From contig NZ_CP007536.1 of the NCBI RefSeq assembly GCF_000698785.1, positions 1,500,001 through 1,532,000 on the forward strand: DNA of 32,000 nt, given 5' to 3'. How positions within the stretch are numbered: the stretch's first letter is position 1; the number at the start of each line of letters is the position of its first letter. The notes under the pieces are model-generated. The model saw only the letters and a list, made by a program, of their open reading frames with translations. It did no database searches and had not been told where the DNA came from. This DNA is from Nitrososphaera viennensis EN76. GTDB taxonomy: Archaea > Thermoproteota > Nitrososphaeria > Nitrososphaerales > Nitrososphaeraceae. The position numbers were made by a program, and so were the translations under genes. Below, in pieces: positions 1 through 8,745 of this stretch.

Positions 1-493
1 GCTTTAGCTTTTCCTCCGCGCCTTCCATCCTGTTCACGACGGCCACAACATCCTCCACAACGCCGCCGTTTGCCCTTATCGCGTCGATCGCCTTGCTCAC
101 GGAAAGGCCGGTGGTCGCAACGTCGTCGACTATGACCACCCGGGCGCCGGAGGCAAGGTGGCCCTCCACCAGCTTGCTCATGCCATAGCCCTTGGACTCT
201 TTTCTCACGTAGACAAAGGGCTTTTCCATCTCGTAGGCAAGGGCCGAGCCAAAGACGAGGCCGGAGGTCGGCACCGAGGCAAAGGTGTCAAAGCTTGCCA
301 CCTTTTTTGCCACGGCGTCCTTGAGGGCGCCTATTGTCAGGCGAAAGTGCGCCGGAAAGCTTGGCAGCATTCTCAGGTCGATGTAGTAGGGGCTTGGCTT
401 GCCGCTTGCAAGCGTGAATGCGCCGAACTTGAGCGCGTTGCTCTTTAGCAGGAACGACGCAAATTCCAGGGTAAAATCAGAGGAGGAAGGCAC
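1..493 (-). CDS. pyrE: orotate phosphoribosyltransferase, 3' end cut by window edge
   Basis: Own translation of the minus strand (absent from the ORF track because it runs off the window). GTG at 493 gives MPSSSDFTLEFASFLLKSNALKFGAFTLASGKPSPYYIDLR...GARVVIVDDVATTGLSVSKAIDAIRANGG. The PRPP-binding loop VVIVDDVATTG is typical of type I phosphoribosyltransferases. Confidence 0.85.
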   Translation of the reverse strand, partial: MPSSSDFTLEFASFLLKSNALKFGAFTLASGKPSPYYIDLRMLPSFPAHFRLTIGALKDAVAKKVASFDTFASVPTSGLVFGSALAYEMEKPFVYVRKESKGYGMSKLVEGHLASGARVVIVDDVATTGLSVSKAIDAIRANGGVVEDVVAVVNRMEGAEEKLK

Positions 494-556
494 GGTTGAT
501 CTGCAAGGGATTCGTTTTTATCTTTTGTCATCGTGGCTTGCACGGGAGATAGATAT

Positions 557-1705
557 ATGCCGGAGATATGGCTCAGGTACGGCGGCACCGACGTGGTGCT
601 GGACATCAGGTTTGAAAACCTGTCAAGCCAGGTCTCCTCCACGTTTTCAGCCATGCCTGACGAGCAGGCAAAAGCGGCGCTTGACTCTGTCCCAGTAACC
701 GACAACATGCTGGTGCTGGCGCTTGCCCCGTCAAGGGCGGTCGCAAAGGCGGTTGTCTCTATTTCAGAAGCTGCAAGGGCAAAGGGCTATGCAGCCATTA
801 CGGTTGACGTCCCTGCAAAGGCCGCCGGCGCGCTGCGGGCAAACCTTGCAGCTATTGCACCTGCCGACCCGCAGGCAGCACCTTCGATAAACCGTATTGA
901 CTACCAGTCGCTTGAAGAGCGCGCAAAAAAATTCCAGAGCACCGTCATAGTGTCGCAGGCCGGCTTTGACCCGCTCTTTGGGTTCTCCGGGGCGCCCACC
1001 GCGCTCGTGCGCACCCTGTATCCTGAAAAAATGGCAGAGGCGTTTTCGGCGCGAAAAGAAGGCAACGTGCCGGCGCCCGGCGAGCAGGGCGAACCGCTGA
1101 AAATAGCGACGTCAGCTATTGAAGGCGTTATTATTCCTGCCGCAACGTCGGTCGAGCTTGTGGCAAACGGCGCCGGAATAGCCGGCGTGCACGCCGGCAC
1201 AGTGCAGGAGGCGTTTTCAAGGGCGGTCGAGCAATTAAAGGCGGTTGCGACCGTCGAGGCCGACCCCGTCAGGTCCGCGATAATCAGCGCCGGAAGCGAG
1301 GCTGGCACGCACGCGACGCTTGCCGGCGCGCTCTATTCCCTCTGGAACGCAGCCCACATCGTCAGGGGCGGCGGGTCTGCCGTGCTCCTTGCCGAATGCC
1401 GCGAAGGCGTCGGGGGCGGCGCGCTGCAGGCGTTTGTCGAGGGCAGGCTCAAGCAGGAACAGCTTGCAACTGCGCAATATACTGACGGCCTTGAGCACCT
1501 GCTGTACATGCAGGAGCTGAGGCAGAAATGCGAGCTGGGCCTGGTGTCGAGCCTGCCGCACTATTACGCAGGAGCAAAGCTCGGGTTTGCTACGTACGCG
1601 GGCGCAAAGGACGCCCTTGAGAAACTTCTTGCGCGAAACGGCAAGGGCCACAAGGCCCTTGTAGTGTCTGACGCCGACATCACCCTTCTCAGGCCAAGGA
1701 CGTGA
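557..1705 (+). CDS. LarA-like / DUF2088 (lactate racemase N-terminal domain family) protein
   Basis: ORF 533..1705; ATG at 557 (MPEIWLRYGGTDVVLDI) preferred over GTG at 533. Segments GFDPLFGFSGAPTAL and VLLAECREGVGGGALQAF resemble LarA-family motifs. Assignment by eye only. Confidence 0.5.
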   Translation: MPEIWLRYGGTDVVLDIRFENLSSQVSSTFSAMPDEQAKAALDSVPVTDNMLVLALAPSRAVAKAVVSISEAARAKGYAAITVDVPAKAAGALRANLAAIAPADPQAAPSINRIDYQSLEERAKKFQSTVIVSQAGFDPLFGFSGAPTALVRTLYPEKMAEAFSARKEGNVPAPGEQGEPLKIATSAIEGVIIPAATSVELVANGAGIAGVHAGTVQEAFSRAVEQLKAVATVEADPVRSAIISAGSEAGTHATLAGALYSLWNAAHIVRGGGSAVLLAECREGVGGGALQAFVEGRLKQEQLATAQYTDGLEHLLYMQELRQKCELGLVSSLPHYYAGAKLGFATYAGAKDALEKLLARNGKGHKALVVSDADITLLRPRT

Positions 1706-2864
1706 ACACTTCGGCAGGCAGCGGCGCGCACAGGACGGCAAGTGCTATTGCAACCCAAAAGAGCGCCTTGCGCTTTTTCGACAGCGGGGACACGTCGTCA
1801 AGGGGCGTGCTTTCCGGCGCGCGTGAGCTAAAGAGGAGCACGAACGCGGCCATGATAAAGTAGCCAAGGCCTGTCAGCACTCCGACGCTAGAGTAGGTCA
1901 GGATGCGGTGCCACCTGACGCCAAGGGCAGACCTTGCAAGGTGCCCGCCGTCCAGCTGCCACGCCGGCAGCAGGTTGAGAAACGTGATGAGAAAGCCCAC
2001 CCATGCGGCAAAGAGCACGGGCGACATTATCAGGGCCGCGTCGCCGGCCGCTGCGCCGTGGCCTGTCAAGTCCAGGGTCGCCTGCATCAGGATGCTGCTG
2101 TTTATGCGCAGCAGTCCAGAGTCGCCAAAGAGGTCCTGCACCCTGTCTGCCGGCACGAGCACCGATATCGACGAGCCGTACACCGACACCACCATAGTCA
2201 CCAGGAGGCCGGCTATCGGCCCGGCAATCCCCACGTCGAACAGGACGTTTCGGTTGGTCATGTTGCTTCGTATCTGGATCATAGCGCCAAAGGTCGGCAC
2301 AAATAGCCCCGGTATCCCAGGTATGAAATACGGCCACGACGCCCTGATCCCGTGGTGCTTGGCTGCTATCATGTGACCCATCTCGTGCACGCCCAGTATC
2401 CCCACTAGCGACATCGTGTATACTGCCGCAAGGAGCAGAGGGTTGCGGATGAACACGTTGGCAAAGTCTGACTGGGAGCGGTACAGGCCGTCGATAAAGA
2501 CTACTGTGAGAGTCGCTATGAACAGGATCGCCGGAATCGAGGGCAGGTACCTGTTGCTGCCCTGCCTGGGCGGCTGCTTCTGGACCTTGGACACGGTCAC
2601 CACTATGCCGTCCTCGACCGTCAGGTTGGTGGACGAAAGCGTGGGCATCAGCCTCGACGCGTACCTGGTGCGCTTGGCAGTGGCTATCATGTCCATCTTG
2701 GCAAGCTCCCTTACGAGCTTGGGAAACGAGTCATAGATGTCCGACTCGGCGATGAGGAACCGGACGGCGTCCTCGGTCTGGTGCTTTTGCATGTCCACTA
2801 TGCGGTAGAATGAGGAGACGACCGGGACCGCCCGTGAGTAGTCGCCTTCGACAAAGCTTGCCAC
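1689..2864 (-). CDS. site-2 protease family zinc metalloprotease (peptidase M50), membrane protein
   Basis: HExxH motif (VHEMGHMIAAKHHG) and the second S2P motif FLNLLPAWQLDGGH, plus several hydrophobic helices. GTG start at 2864. Its 3' end overlaps the convergent LarA-like gene by 17 nt. Confidence 0.85.
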   Translation of the reverse strand: MASFVEGDYSRAVPVVSSFYRIVDMQKHQTEDAVRFLIAESDIYDSFPKLVRELAKMDMIATAKRTRYASRLMPTLSSTNLTVEDGIVVTVSKVQKQPPRQGSNRYLPSIPAILFIATLTVVFIDGLYRSQSDFANVFIRNPLLLAAVYTMSLVGILGVHEMGHMIAAKHHGIRASWPYFIPGIPGLFVPTFGAMIQIRSNMTNRNVLFDVGIAGPIAGLLVTMVVSVYGSSISVLVPADRVQDLFGDSGLLRINSSILMQATLDLTGHGAAAGDAALIMSPVLFAAWVGFLITFLNLLPAWQLDGGHLARSALGVRWHRILTYSSVGVLTGLGYFIMAAFVLLFSSRAPESTPLDDVSPLSKKRKALFWVAIALAVLCAPLPAEVFTSLA

Positions 2865-3005
2865 TACAGTGACCTATTGGCAATTTTGGGATTAAAACAT
2901 TGTTCCAGATGGCTCTACGTACAGAGCAGTGAGGTCCGGCCTCGGCGAAAAGCAGAATTGACAAACTTAAGGTTAAATAGTGTCGGTTCAGAGTCTAGTT
3001 CAGAT

Positions 3006-3506
3006 TTGCAGACTGCCCTGCGAAAAGTAGGCGACGACTATGTGATACGCCGCTGCGAGGACAGCGACCTCCAGGCAGTGATTGACATCAACATGGCCGC
3101 CCTGCCGGAGCACTACTCGGACTATTTCTTCGAGTCGATACTGAGGGAGCTCCCGGAGGCGTTCATCGTGGCCGAGACAGGAGGCAAGGTAATCGGCTAC
3201 ATCATGTGCAAGATCGAGTTTGGCTTTTCCAACTTTCGCAAGCTGGGCTTTGTGAAAAAGGGCCACGTCGTCTCCGTGGCCGTGCTTGACGAGCACAGGG
3301 GCAGGGGCGTCGGAAAAGCGCTGATGCTTGAGGGCATCAACGGCGTGCTGCAGAGAAAGGCGGACGAGATTTACCTCGAGGTCAGGGTCAGCAACACCAG
3401 CGCGATCAAGATGTACGAGAAGCTGCGCTTTGAGACAAAGTCGAGGCTGCGCTCGTACTACCGCGACGGCGAGGACGCGTACCTCATGGCGCTCGAGCTC
3501 GCCTAG
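3006..3506 (+). CDS. N-alpha-acetyltransferase, Ard1/RimI (GNAT) family
   Basis: Reading frame of track ORF 2877..3506. From DYVIRRCEDSDLQAVIDINMAALPEHY through GHVVSVAVLDEHRGRGVGKALM and EIYLEVRVSN...YYRDGEDAYLMA it is collinear with my recollection of Sulfolobus Ard1. The start is uncertain: TTG 2877 is the longest option, while TTG 3006 or GTG 3042 fit the family length better. A TATA-like TTAAATA sits at 2973-2979. Confidence 0.8.
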   Translation: MQTALRKVGDDYVIRRCEDSDLQAVIDINMAALPEHYSDYFFESILRELPEAFIVAETGGKVIGYIMCKIEFGFSNFRKLGFVKKGHVVSVAVLDEHRGRGVGKALMLEGINGVLQRKADEIYLEVRVSNTSAIKMYEKLRFETKSRLRSYYRDGEDAYLMALELA

Positions 3507-5171
3507 CTAGTCCACAAAGTCGTTTGCGATGTTGCTTATTGCTTCCATTATCCTCGGCTCGTGGGCTTTGGCATTCACCAGCACTACAGCGCCTGCGCCT
3601 TCGTAGGACGAGACGGTCTCTGACACGCGGCGCAAAAGAGAAAACGCCTTTTCAAATCCAAGCATGTATATCAGCTCTGTCGCGCTGTCGATGAGGACGG
3701 TAGAGCCGGGGTTTTCCCGGGTTATCGACTCTATCTCGCGGGCTATTCTTTCCTCGTTGTCCGACAGGATCACCCGCTCGGAGCCTTCTTCGTTTCTGCC
3801 GCCGCCCTCCTTGGCGCCGCCGACGGCAGCGACCGACTGGAGTATGTACAGCCTGGGCTTGCCCTTGCCCTGCAAGGCGCGGTAGTAGATGTTGCTCCCC
3901 TTCCTTGTGAGGACGATGGTGTTCTGGCTTGCAAGCAGGCCTTCAAGCGCCTTTGCCGCGTGGCCAAACCTGCTTGCGTTGAGAAGGACCAGCTTGCCCT
4001 TGTAGTCGCCGACTTGTTGTTTTGGAGCCGGCAGATTCTCGTCATTATCATCTGCAAAGGCCTTTGTCTTGCCGGCGGCCGCCGCTGCCGGCTTGAGGTT
4101 ATTGTCCTCTGCAAAGGCCCATGTCGGCTTGCCTGCGGCCGCTGCCGGGTCGTCATCTTCGATGAAGGCCTTGGCCTTTTTCTTGCCGATGACCACGTCG
4201 TCCTCGCTTGCGGACGGCACCACGGCCGACGGCACATCTGCAACAACAGTGCGGGGCGCACCACCTTCCTGCATCTGGCTCTTTACCATCTGGAGCAGGG
4301 CGTCAGAGCCCCCGCCGATGAGGTCGCGAAGGGTGGTCTCGACAAGCTCCAGCTTTGTCATGCGCACCAGGTCGCCAAGCACCACCCTCTTTGAGATGAG
4401 TATTGCTGCCGCGGTGGCGCACGCGGCCGAGATTGCAGACGCAAGGCCGCCGTAAAAGAACGCCAGCTGCATCACCTGCTGCGACTGGGCGCGGGATGCC
4501 TCGCCTATCTGCGCGTCGATTGCGAGAAGATCGTCGTACGACGATACTAGCCTGTCAGTCTGGGCCACGAGCTGCAGCGCCTCTGCCTGCGCCTGGGGCG
4601 CAAACGACGGGTCCGTGGACAGGATCGCAAGGTCTTCCACCCTTGAGCTATAGTCCTCCCACTGCTGGCCTATGGTCTCCACAAGGACGGTCTCGTCTGC
4701 AGATATCTTGCTCAGGTCGACTCCTTGCGCAGGCAAAAAGTCGCCCGGCAGGTCCTGTATGGTCTTGTAGCTCCCCGCGGTCGAGGCAATCCCGTTTTTG
4801 AGCAGGATCATGTGGGATATGCCGGCCTTTTTCTGTGCAGGGTCTTGCGAGCTTGCGAACTGGATTAGGTCTGACCTCATGCCAAGCAGGTCGCCCTTGT
4901 TCTTTGAGAGCAATTCCACGTTCGTGACGTAGCCGGAATAGATGTTGGCTATCTGGTCCTTGAACTTGATTATCGTGACCGTCGAGACGGCCGAAAGCGC
5001 GATGATCGGTATGATCGCTATCAGGATGAAAAACAGGATGAGCCTGTTCTTAAAATCCAAGCATAGATCGATAGAGGCAGGTTCTATGTAAGTTTTGTCA
5101 GGACCGCTTTTTGGGCAACAAAGGGAAGCTTTTGCCCTAATCGCGGCCTGTGTCGGTGAGTTTAAAAGCAC
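3507..5171 (-). CDS. membrane sensor-like protein: TM, extracytoplasmic helical (4HB/MCP-like) domain, TM, acidic/Ala-rich triple repeat, C-terminal DUF835/KaiC-like domain
   Basis: Two hydrophobic helices (LILFFILIAIIPIIALSAV and LAFFYGGLASAISAACATAAAILI). The C-terminal ~165 aa (LVLLNASRFG...STVLIDSATELIYMLGFEKAFSLLRR...AVVLVNAKAHEP) looks like a RecA-fold lacking a Walker A motif. Probable true start is TTG at 5060 (MDFKNRLILFF), because the dodecin TATA box lies inside the 5061-5171 extension. Confidence 0.6.
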   Translation of the reverse strand: MLLNSPTQAAIRAKASLCCPKSGPDKTYIEPASIDLCLDFKNRLILFFILIAIIPIIALSAVSTVTIIKFKDQIANIYSGYVTNVELLSKNKGDLLGMRSDLIQFASSQDPAQKKAGISHMILLKNGIASTAGSYKTIQDLPGDFLPAQGVDLSKISADETVLVETIGQQWEDYSSRVEDLAILSTDPSFAPQAQAEALQLVAQTDRLVSSYDDLLAIDAQIGEASRAQSQQVMQLAFFYGGLASAISAACATAAAILISKRVVLGDLVRMTKLELVETTLRDLIGGGSDALLQMVKSQMQEGGAPRTVVADVPSAVVPSASEDDVVIGKKKAKAFIEDDDPAAAAGKPTWAFAEDNNLKPAAAAAGKTKAFADDNDENLPAPKQQVGDYKGKLVLLNASRFGHAAKALEGLLASQNTIVLTRKGSNIYYRALQGKGKPRLYILQSVAAVGGAKEGGGRNEEGSERVILSDNEERIAREIESITRENPGSTVLIDSATELIYMLGFEKAFSLLRRVSETVSSYEGAGAVVLVNAKAHEPRIMEAISNIANDFVD

Positions 5172-5183
5172 ACACCATAAGAT

Positions 5184-5399
5184 ATGCGCATGGTTTTCAA
5201 GTACATCGATATCCTGGGCGAGTCGGCAAAGAGCTTTGAGGACGCGGTCCAGAACGCCATAACAGAGACTGCAAGGACCGTCAAGGACATCCGCACGGCA
5301 GAGGTGATGAAGATGAACGCCATTGTCAACAGCGACAAGATAGTAGAGTACCAGGCGGTGGTGCGCGTTGCATTCAAGGTCCGCCGGAAGGAAGAATAG
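5184..5399 (+). CDS. dodecin (small flavin-binding protein) family
   Basis: MVFKYIDILGESAKSFEDAVQNAITETARTVKDIRTAEVMKMNAIV..IVEYQAVVRVAFKV matches the dodecin pattern. The start may be the second ATG at 5190. A TATA-like TTTAAAAG lies at 5161-5168. Confidence 0.75.
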   Translation: MRMVFKYIDILGESAKSFEDAVQNAITETARTVKDIRTAEVMKMNAIVNSDKIVEYQAVVRVAFKVRRKEE

Positions 5400-5445
5400 C
5401 TGCTACCCTAAAGATTGATAAGATGCGCAGCTTGCCATCAACGGC

Positions 5446-5664
5446 ATGGGCGCAGTGAAGGGCAACAAGGGCGCAGGTGCGGCCCTTTTAGCGGCTGCAA
5501 TAATCGTGTTTTTCGCCTACGCCTACGCCATGTTCGGGACGCAGTACAGCGAGATGATAATCAAGTTCACGATGGTGGCCGCGGTGGGCATACTCCTTGC
5601 GGTGCTTGGCTGGATAGGCTACACGATGCTGACTGCGCCAAAGGAAGACAGAGTCACTTCGTGA
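5446..5664 (+). CDS. small two-helix membrane protein, unknown function
   Basis: 72 aa with two clear hydrophobic helices (AALLAAAIIVFFAYAYAMF and MVAAVGILLAVLGWIGYTML). Its 3' end overlaps the convergent methyltransferase gene by 11 nt. Confidence 0.5.
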   Translation: MGAVKGNKGAGAALLAAAIIVFFAYAYAMFGTQYSEMIIKFTMVAAVGILLAVLGWIGYTMLTAPKEDRVTS

Positions 5665-6502
5665 TTTTCACGTCGGCGACGATCTGGTAGACGCGCGGGC
5701 CGACTTCCCGGACCACCGTTGTTTCCATGATTTCGCAGCTGTAGGGCGCAAACGCCTCTGCAGCGTCCCTTGCGCCTGCCTCTTCCCTTGCCTTCTGCTT
5801 GCCGTCTGCCTTGACGTGGGCAAAATAGTGCACGACGCCACCGCGCTCTTTCAGGGCAAGCACGGCCGGCCCGACAAACTCTCTTGCCCTTTCCGGAAGC
5901 GGCATTATCACCCTGTCTGCGACGCCTGCCAGCTGCGTTTTTATCGCTTCGGTCGCGTCAGCGCACACTGGCACGACGCGGTCGGCCACCTTGTTCAGCC
6001 TGGCATTTTCGATGCACAGGTAGTTTGCCACGGGGTTGGAGTCGACGCTGTACACCTTGCACGTCTTGACCGCCTTGGCGATTATTATCGAGTACGTGCC
6101 GACGCCGGCAAACATGTTGACCACCGTCTCGTTGTCCTGCACGAGGCCTGCTATGCGCTGGCGCTCTGTCGACAGGCGCGGCGAAAAGTAGGCGCGCGCA
6201 ACGTCGACCTTGAACCTGCAGCCATGCTCCCTGTACTCCGTGACCGTGCGGTTCTCGCCTGCGACGAACTCTAGCTCGCGGATGCGGTAGTCGCCCTTTA
6301 CCGCGGACGCCTGCGCAAACACCGCTTTTGCGGTCTTGACATTTGCAAGTATCGCCTCTGCTATAACTTGCTTTTTTGAGGCAAGGCTGTCAGGGATTTT
6401 TATTATGACAATGTCGCCCACCTGATCAAACGCGGAATAGACCTGCGATGCCTCTTCGGCAGGGAGCACGCCGGCTAGCACGTTTTTGAGCATGTGCGGC
6501 AT
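5654..6502 (-). CDS. class I SAM-dependent tRNA methyltransferase, Trm5/Taw2 (Met-10+) family
   Basis: VVNMFAGVGTYSIIIAK SAM-binding motif, YFSPRLSTER and DRVIMPLP motifs typical of Trm5/TYW2. Start codon lies 1 nt downstream of the ABCE1 stop, suggesting an operon. Confidence 0.75.
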   Translation of the reverse strand: MPHMLKNVLAGVLPAEEASQVYSAFDQVGDIVIIKIPDSLASKKQVIAEAILANVKTAKAVFAQASAVKGDYRIRELEFVAGENRTVTEYREHGCRFKVDVARAYFSPRLSTERQRIAGLVQDNETVVNMFAGVGTYSIIIAKAVKTCKVYSVDSNPVANYLCIENARLNKVADRVVPVCADATEAIKTQLAGVADRVIMPLPERAREFVGPAVLALKERGGVVHYFAHVKADGKQKAREEAGARDAAEAFAPYSCEIMETTVVREVGPRVYQIVADVKITK

Positions 6503-6503
6503 T

Positions 6504-8321
6504 TTATTGCTGCGGCTGCCTTGTGTAGTAATAGTTGCCCGAGTCCTTTTGCTCCCTGTCCAGCCTGCCGCCTTCCTTGTTCACGCGGGGCCTGCCGGTG
6601 GTCTCGTCGCGCCTGTATGTGATCGCAAGCGCCTTCAAAAAGCGGTTCATGCCATCCTCCTTGCGCATGGGGGCAGTCGCGTGGCCTTCTATGCCCGGCT
6701 CGCCCTCGAATATCACGAGCGTGTCTGACACAAGGTCTACCAGCTGGAGGTCGTGGTCGATGATTATCGCCGAGCGCCCCTGCGCCCTGACAAAGCGCTG
6801 CAGGAATTTTGCGACCGCTATCCTGTCCTCTGCATCAAGGAAGGCGGACGGCTCGTCAAGCGCGTAAATGTCTGCCTGGCGCAAGAGTGATGCGGCAACC
6901 GCGACCTTTTGCAGCTCGCCTCCGCTCAGGTTCTTGACGCTCTTTTCAAGAAGTTTCTTTATGCCAAGCGGGATTATGATCTGCTCTTCTGCCGGCGAGT
7001 TTTCGATTGGGGCCTGGTACGCCGTGTACAGGAGCGAGCGCACGTCGCCCTCGTAATCCTGGTTGAGGTACTGCGGCTTGTACGATATCTTGGCGCCTAC
7101 CTCAATCTTGCCCGAGTTGGGCTTGTCGACCCCGGCGAGCATGCGCATGAACGTCGTCTTGCCGAGCGCGTTTGCGCCCACCACGCCCACTATCTCGCCC
7201 CTGCGGATCTTGCCCGCAGCGACGTTCAGCCTGAACGAGGGAAATGCCTTTGAAACGTCGGTATAGCTTGCGACTGCCAGTTCCTCCACGATGTCGTCCG
7301 CCGCGGTGGCAACGTCAAAGCGGAACGCCTTTTCGCGGAACCGCACGTTTTCCGCCGGCAAATAGCCGTCAAGAAAGTTGTTGATGCCAACCTTGGTGCT
7401 CTGCAGTGCCGAGACGATGCCGTACGCGCCCGGCTCGCCGTATATTATATGAATATAGTCGGACAGATAGTCAAGGAGCGTCATGTCGTGCTCGACTACC
7501 ATCACGCTCTTGCCCTGCTCTGCAAGGTTTTTCATCACCTTTGCGACTGCAAGGCGCTGGTACACGTCGTTGTACGAGGACGGCTCGTCGAAAAAGTAAT
7601 AGTCGGCGTCCTTTGCCGCCGCCACCGCCACCGCAAGGCGCTGGAGCTCGCCTCCCGAAAGAGTAGCAAGGTCGCGGTCAAGAACGTTTTTCAGTCCCAG
7701 CTCTTCGACCAAGCTGTCAGAGACCTTGCGCTCGTCGTATTTCTTTAGCAGTTCTTTTGGCGTGCCCTTGAAAGCCTTTGGTATCAGGTACACGAGCTGC
7801 GGCTTGATCGAAGCGCGCAGCTGGCCGTTTGCTATCTTTTCAAAGTGGGCTTTTAGCTCAGTGCCCTGAAAATATTTCAGCACCTCGTCCCATGCAGGCT
7901 CGCCCTCGAACCTGCCGAGGTTTGGCTTCATGCTGCCTGAAAGGACGTTTACGATCGTGGACTTGCCCATGCCGTTTCGGCCCACGAGGCCGACCACCGC
8001 GCCTTTTTTTGGAGTCGGCAGGCGGTAAAAGCGGAACGAGTTGACGCCGTATTGATGAATTTTGTCCTCCGACAGCTCTTTTGCAAGGTTGACTATTACA
8101 ATGGCGTCAAAGGGGCATTTCTTTATGCAGATGCCGCAGCCCGTGCACAGTTCTTCGGATATAAGCGCTTTTCCATCCTCCTCGCGCTGGATTATGCACT
8201 GGCCCCCCGTCTTGTTCACCGGGCAGTATACTATGCACTCTAGGCCGCACTTTCTTGGCTGGCACAGCTCATAGTCCATTACCGCTACGCGGTGGGTCGA
8301 TGACGGGTCGTCGCTTCCCAT
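6504..8321 (-). CDS. abce1: ABCE1 / RNase L inhibitor-type ribosome recycling ATPase
   Basis: N-terminal 2x[4Fe-4S] Cys clusters (CIVYCPVNK, CTGCGICIKKCP). Two ABC domains with Walker A GRNGMGKST and GANALGKTT, and two LSGGELQ signatures. Start taken at ATG 8321 (MGSDD...RVAVMDYELCQP); the track extension to 8486 has no family-like sequence. Confidence 0.95.
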   Translation of the reverse strand: MGSDDPSSTHRVAVMDYELCQPRKCGLECIVYCPVNKTGGQCIIQREEDGKALISEELCTGCGICIKKCPFDAIVIVNLAKELSEDKIHQYGVNSFRFYRLPTPKKGAVVGLVGRNGMGKSTIVNVLSGSMKPNLGRFEGEPAWDEVLKYFQGTELKAHFEKIANGQLRASIKPQLVYLIPKAFKGTPKELLKKYDERKVSDSLVEELGLKNVLDRDLATLSGGELQRLAVAVAAAKDADYYFFDEPSSYNDVYQRLAVAKVMKNLAEQGKSVMVVEHDMTLLDYLSDYIHIIYGEPGAYGIVSALQSTKVGINNFLDGYLPAENVRFREKAFRFDVATAADDIVEELAVASYTDVSKAFPSFRLNVAAGKIRRGEIVGVVGANALGKTTFMRMLAGVDKPNSGKIEVGAKISYKPQYLNQDYEGDVRSLLYTAYQAPIENSPAEEQIIIPLGIKKLLEKSVKNLSGGELQKVAVAASLLRQADIYALDEPSAFLDAEDRIAVAKFLQRFVRAQGRSAIIIDHDLQLVDLVSDTLVIFEGEPGIEGHATAPMRKEDGMNRFLKALAITYRRDETTGRPRVNKEGGRLDREQKDSGNYYYTRQPQQ

Positions 8322-8508
8322 GCAAGCTCTTTGCGGCGTGAATGCGTTATATAGGTAGTGTTTTTTTTCGCATCTAAAAGTCCTGCCGGCAACCCGGAGC
8401 ATAGCAAAAACTGGCGTGCGTCCCTGCCGCCAGCAATCGGGCGATTTTTTGCCACCTGGTACGCCTGGGCAGTACCTGTCAGCCATACCACAAATGCCCT
8501 GCCTCTAG

Positions 8509-8745
8509 TCGCGAGCTTGGCAGGCGAGTCTCTCTGCTCCTGCGGTCAGGGACCGGCTGGAGCGCCTGAAGAGCAAAGGGATCCTCCAGAGGTTCATGCT
8601 ATCGATGGATCCAGGCGTGTTTGACCGCGATGACCTTTTGCTGTTCTTCCGGGGCGACTTTACGCGAAAGACTGTGCTGGCGGCGCTTGCGGCGCCGGAC
8701 GTATCCTGGGTGGCCTGGAAGCTGGACGAGCGGATGACCGTATGA
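8509..8745 (+). pseudogene. startless remnant of an Lrp/AsnC-type HTH+RAM module, in frame with the downstream CDS and separated from it by one TGA
   Basis: The frame opens after TAG 8506-8508 and reads SLSAPAVRDRLERLKSKGILQRFMLSMDPGVFDRDDLLLFFRGDFTRKTVLAALAAPDVSWVAWKLDERMTV, then TGA at 8743-8745, then ATG at 8746. There is no plausible start codon before the HTH recognition helix. Confidence 0.5.

Noticed and set aside
391-417. GCTTGCCGCTTGCAAG inside pyrE resembling the operator motif, plus other scattered GCTTGC hexamers.
   Set aside because: GCTTGC/GCAAGC is a frequent codon-pair product (Ala-Ser, Leu-Ala) in this genome. Spacing differs (7 rather than 10 nt) and the location is coding.
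5415-5690. 91-aa ORF overlapping the 5446-5664 small membrane protein in another frame.
   Set aside because: It is Arg/Gly/Cys/His-rich with no structure-like pattern. The alternative frame gives two clean transmembrane helices.
8322-8486. N-terminal extensions of track ORFs: ABCE1 to 8486, MCO to 20052, AAA+ to 18009, RHH to 21112, the 9485 gene to 10258, tkt-rpe from 12044, deacetylase to 27447 and the Trp-rich protein to 28568.
   Set aside because: The extensions lack family-like sequence. They overlap neighbouring genes or promoters, while internal ATG codons give N-termini matching family expectations or signal anchors.
8743-8745. In-frame TGA between the Lrp remnant and the Lrp-like CDS, considered as selenocysteine or programmed readthrough.
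   Set aside because: The upstream frame has no start codon and appears frameshifted as well. No SECIS-like structure was evident and no selenoprotein context is known for this family, so pseudogenisation or sequencing error is more parsimonious.
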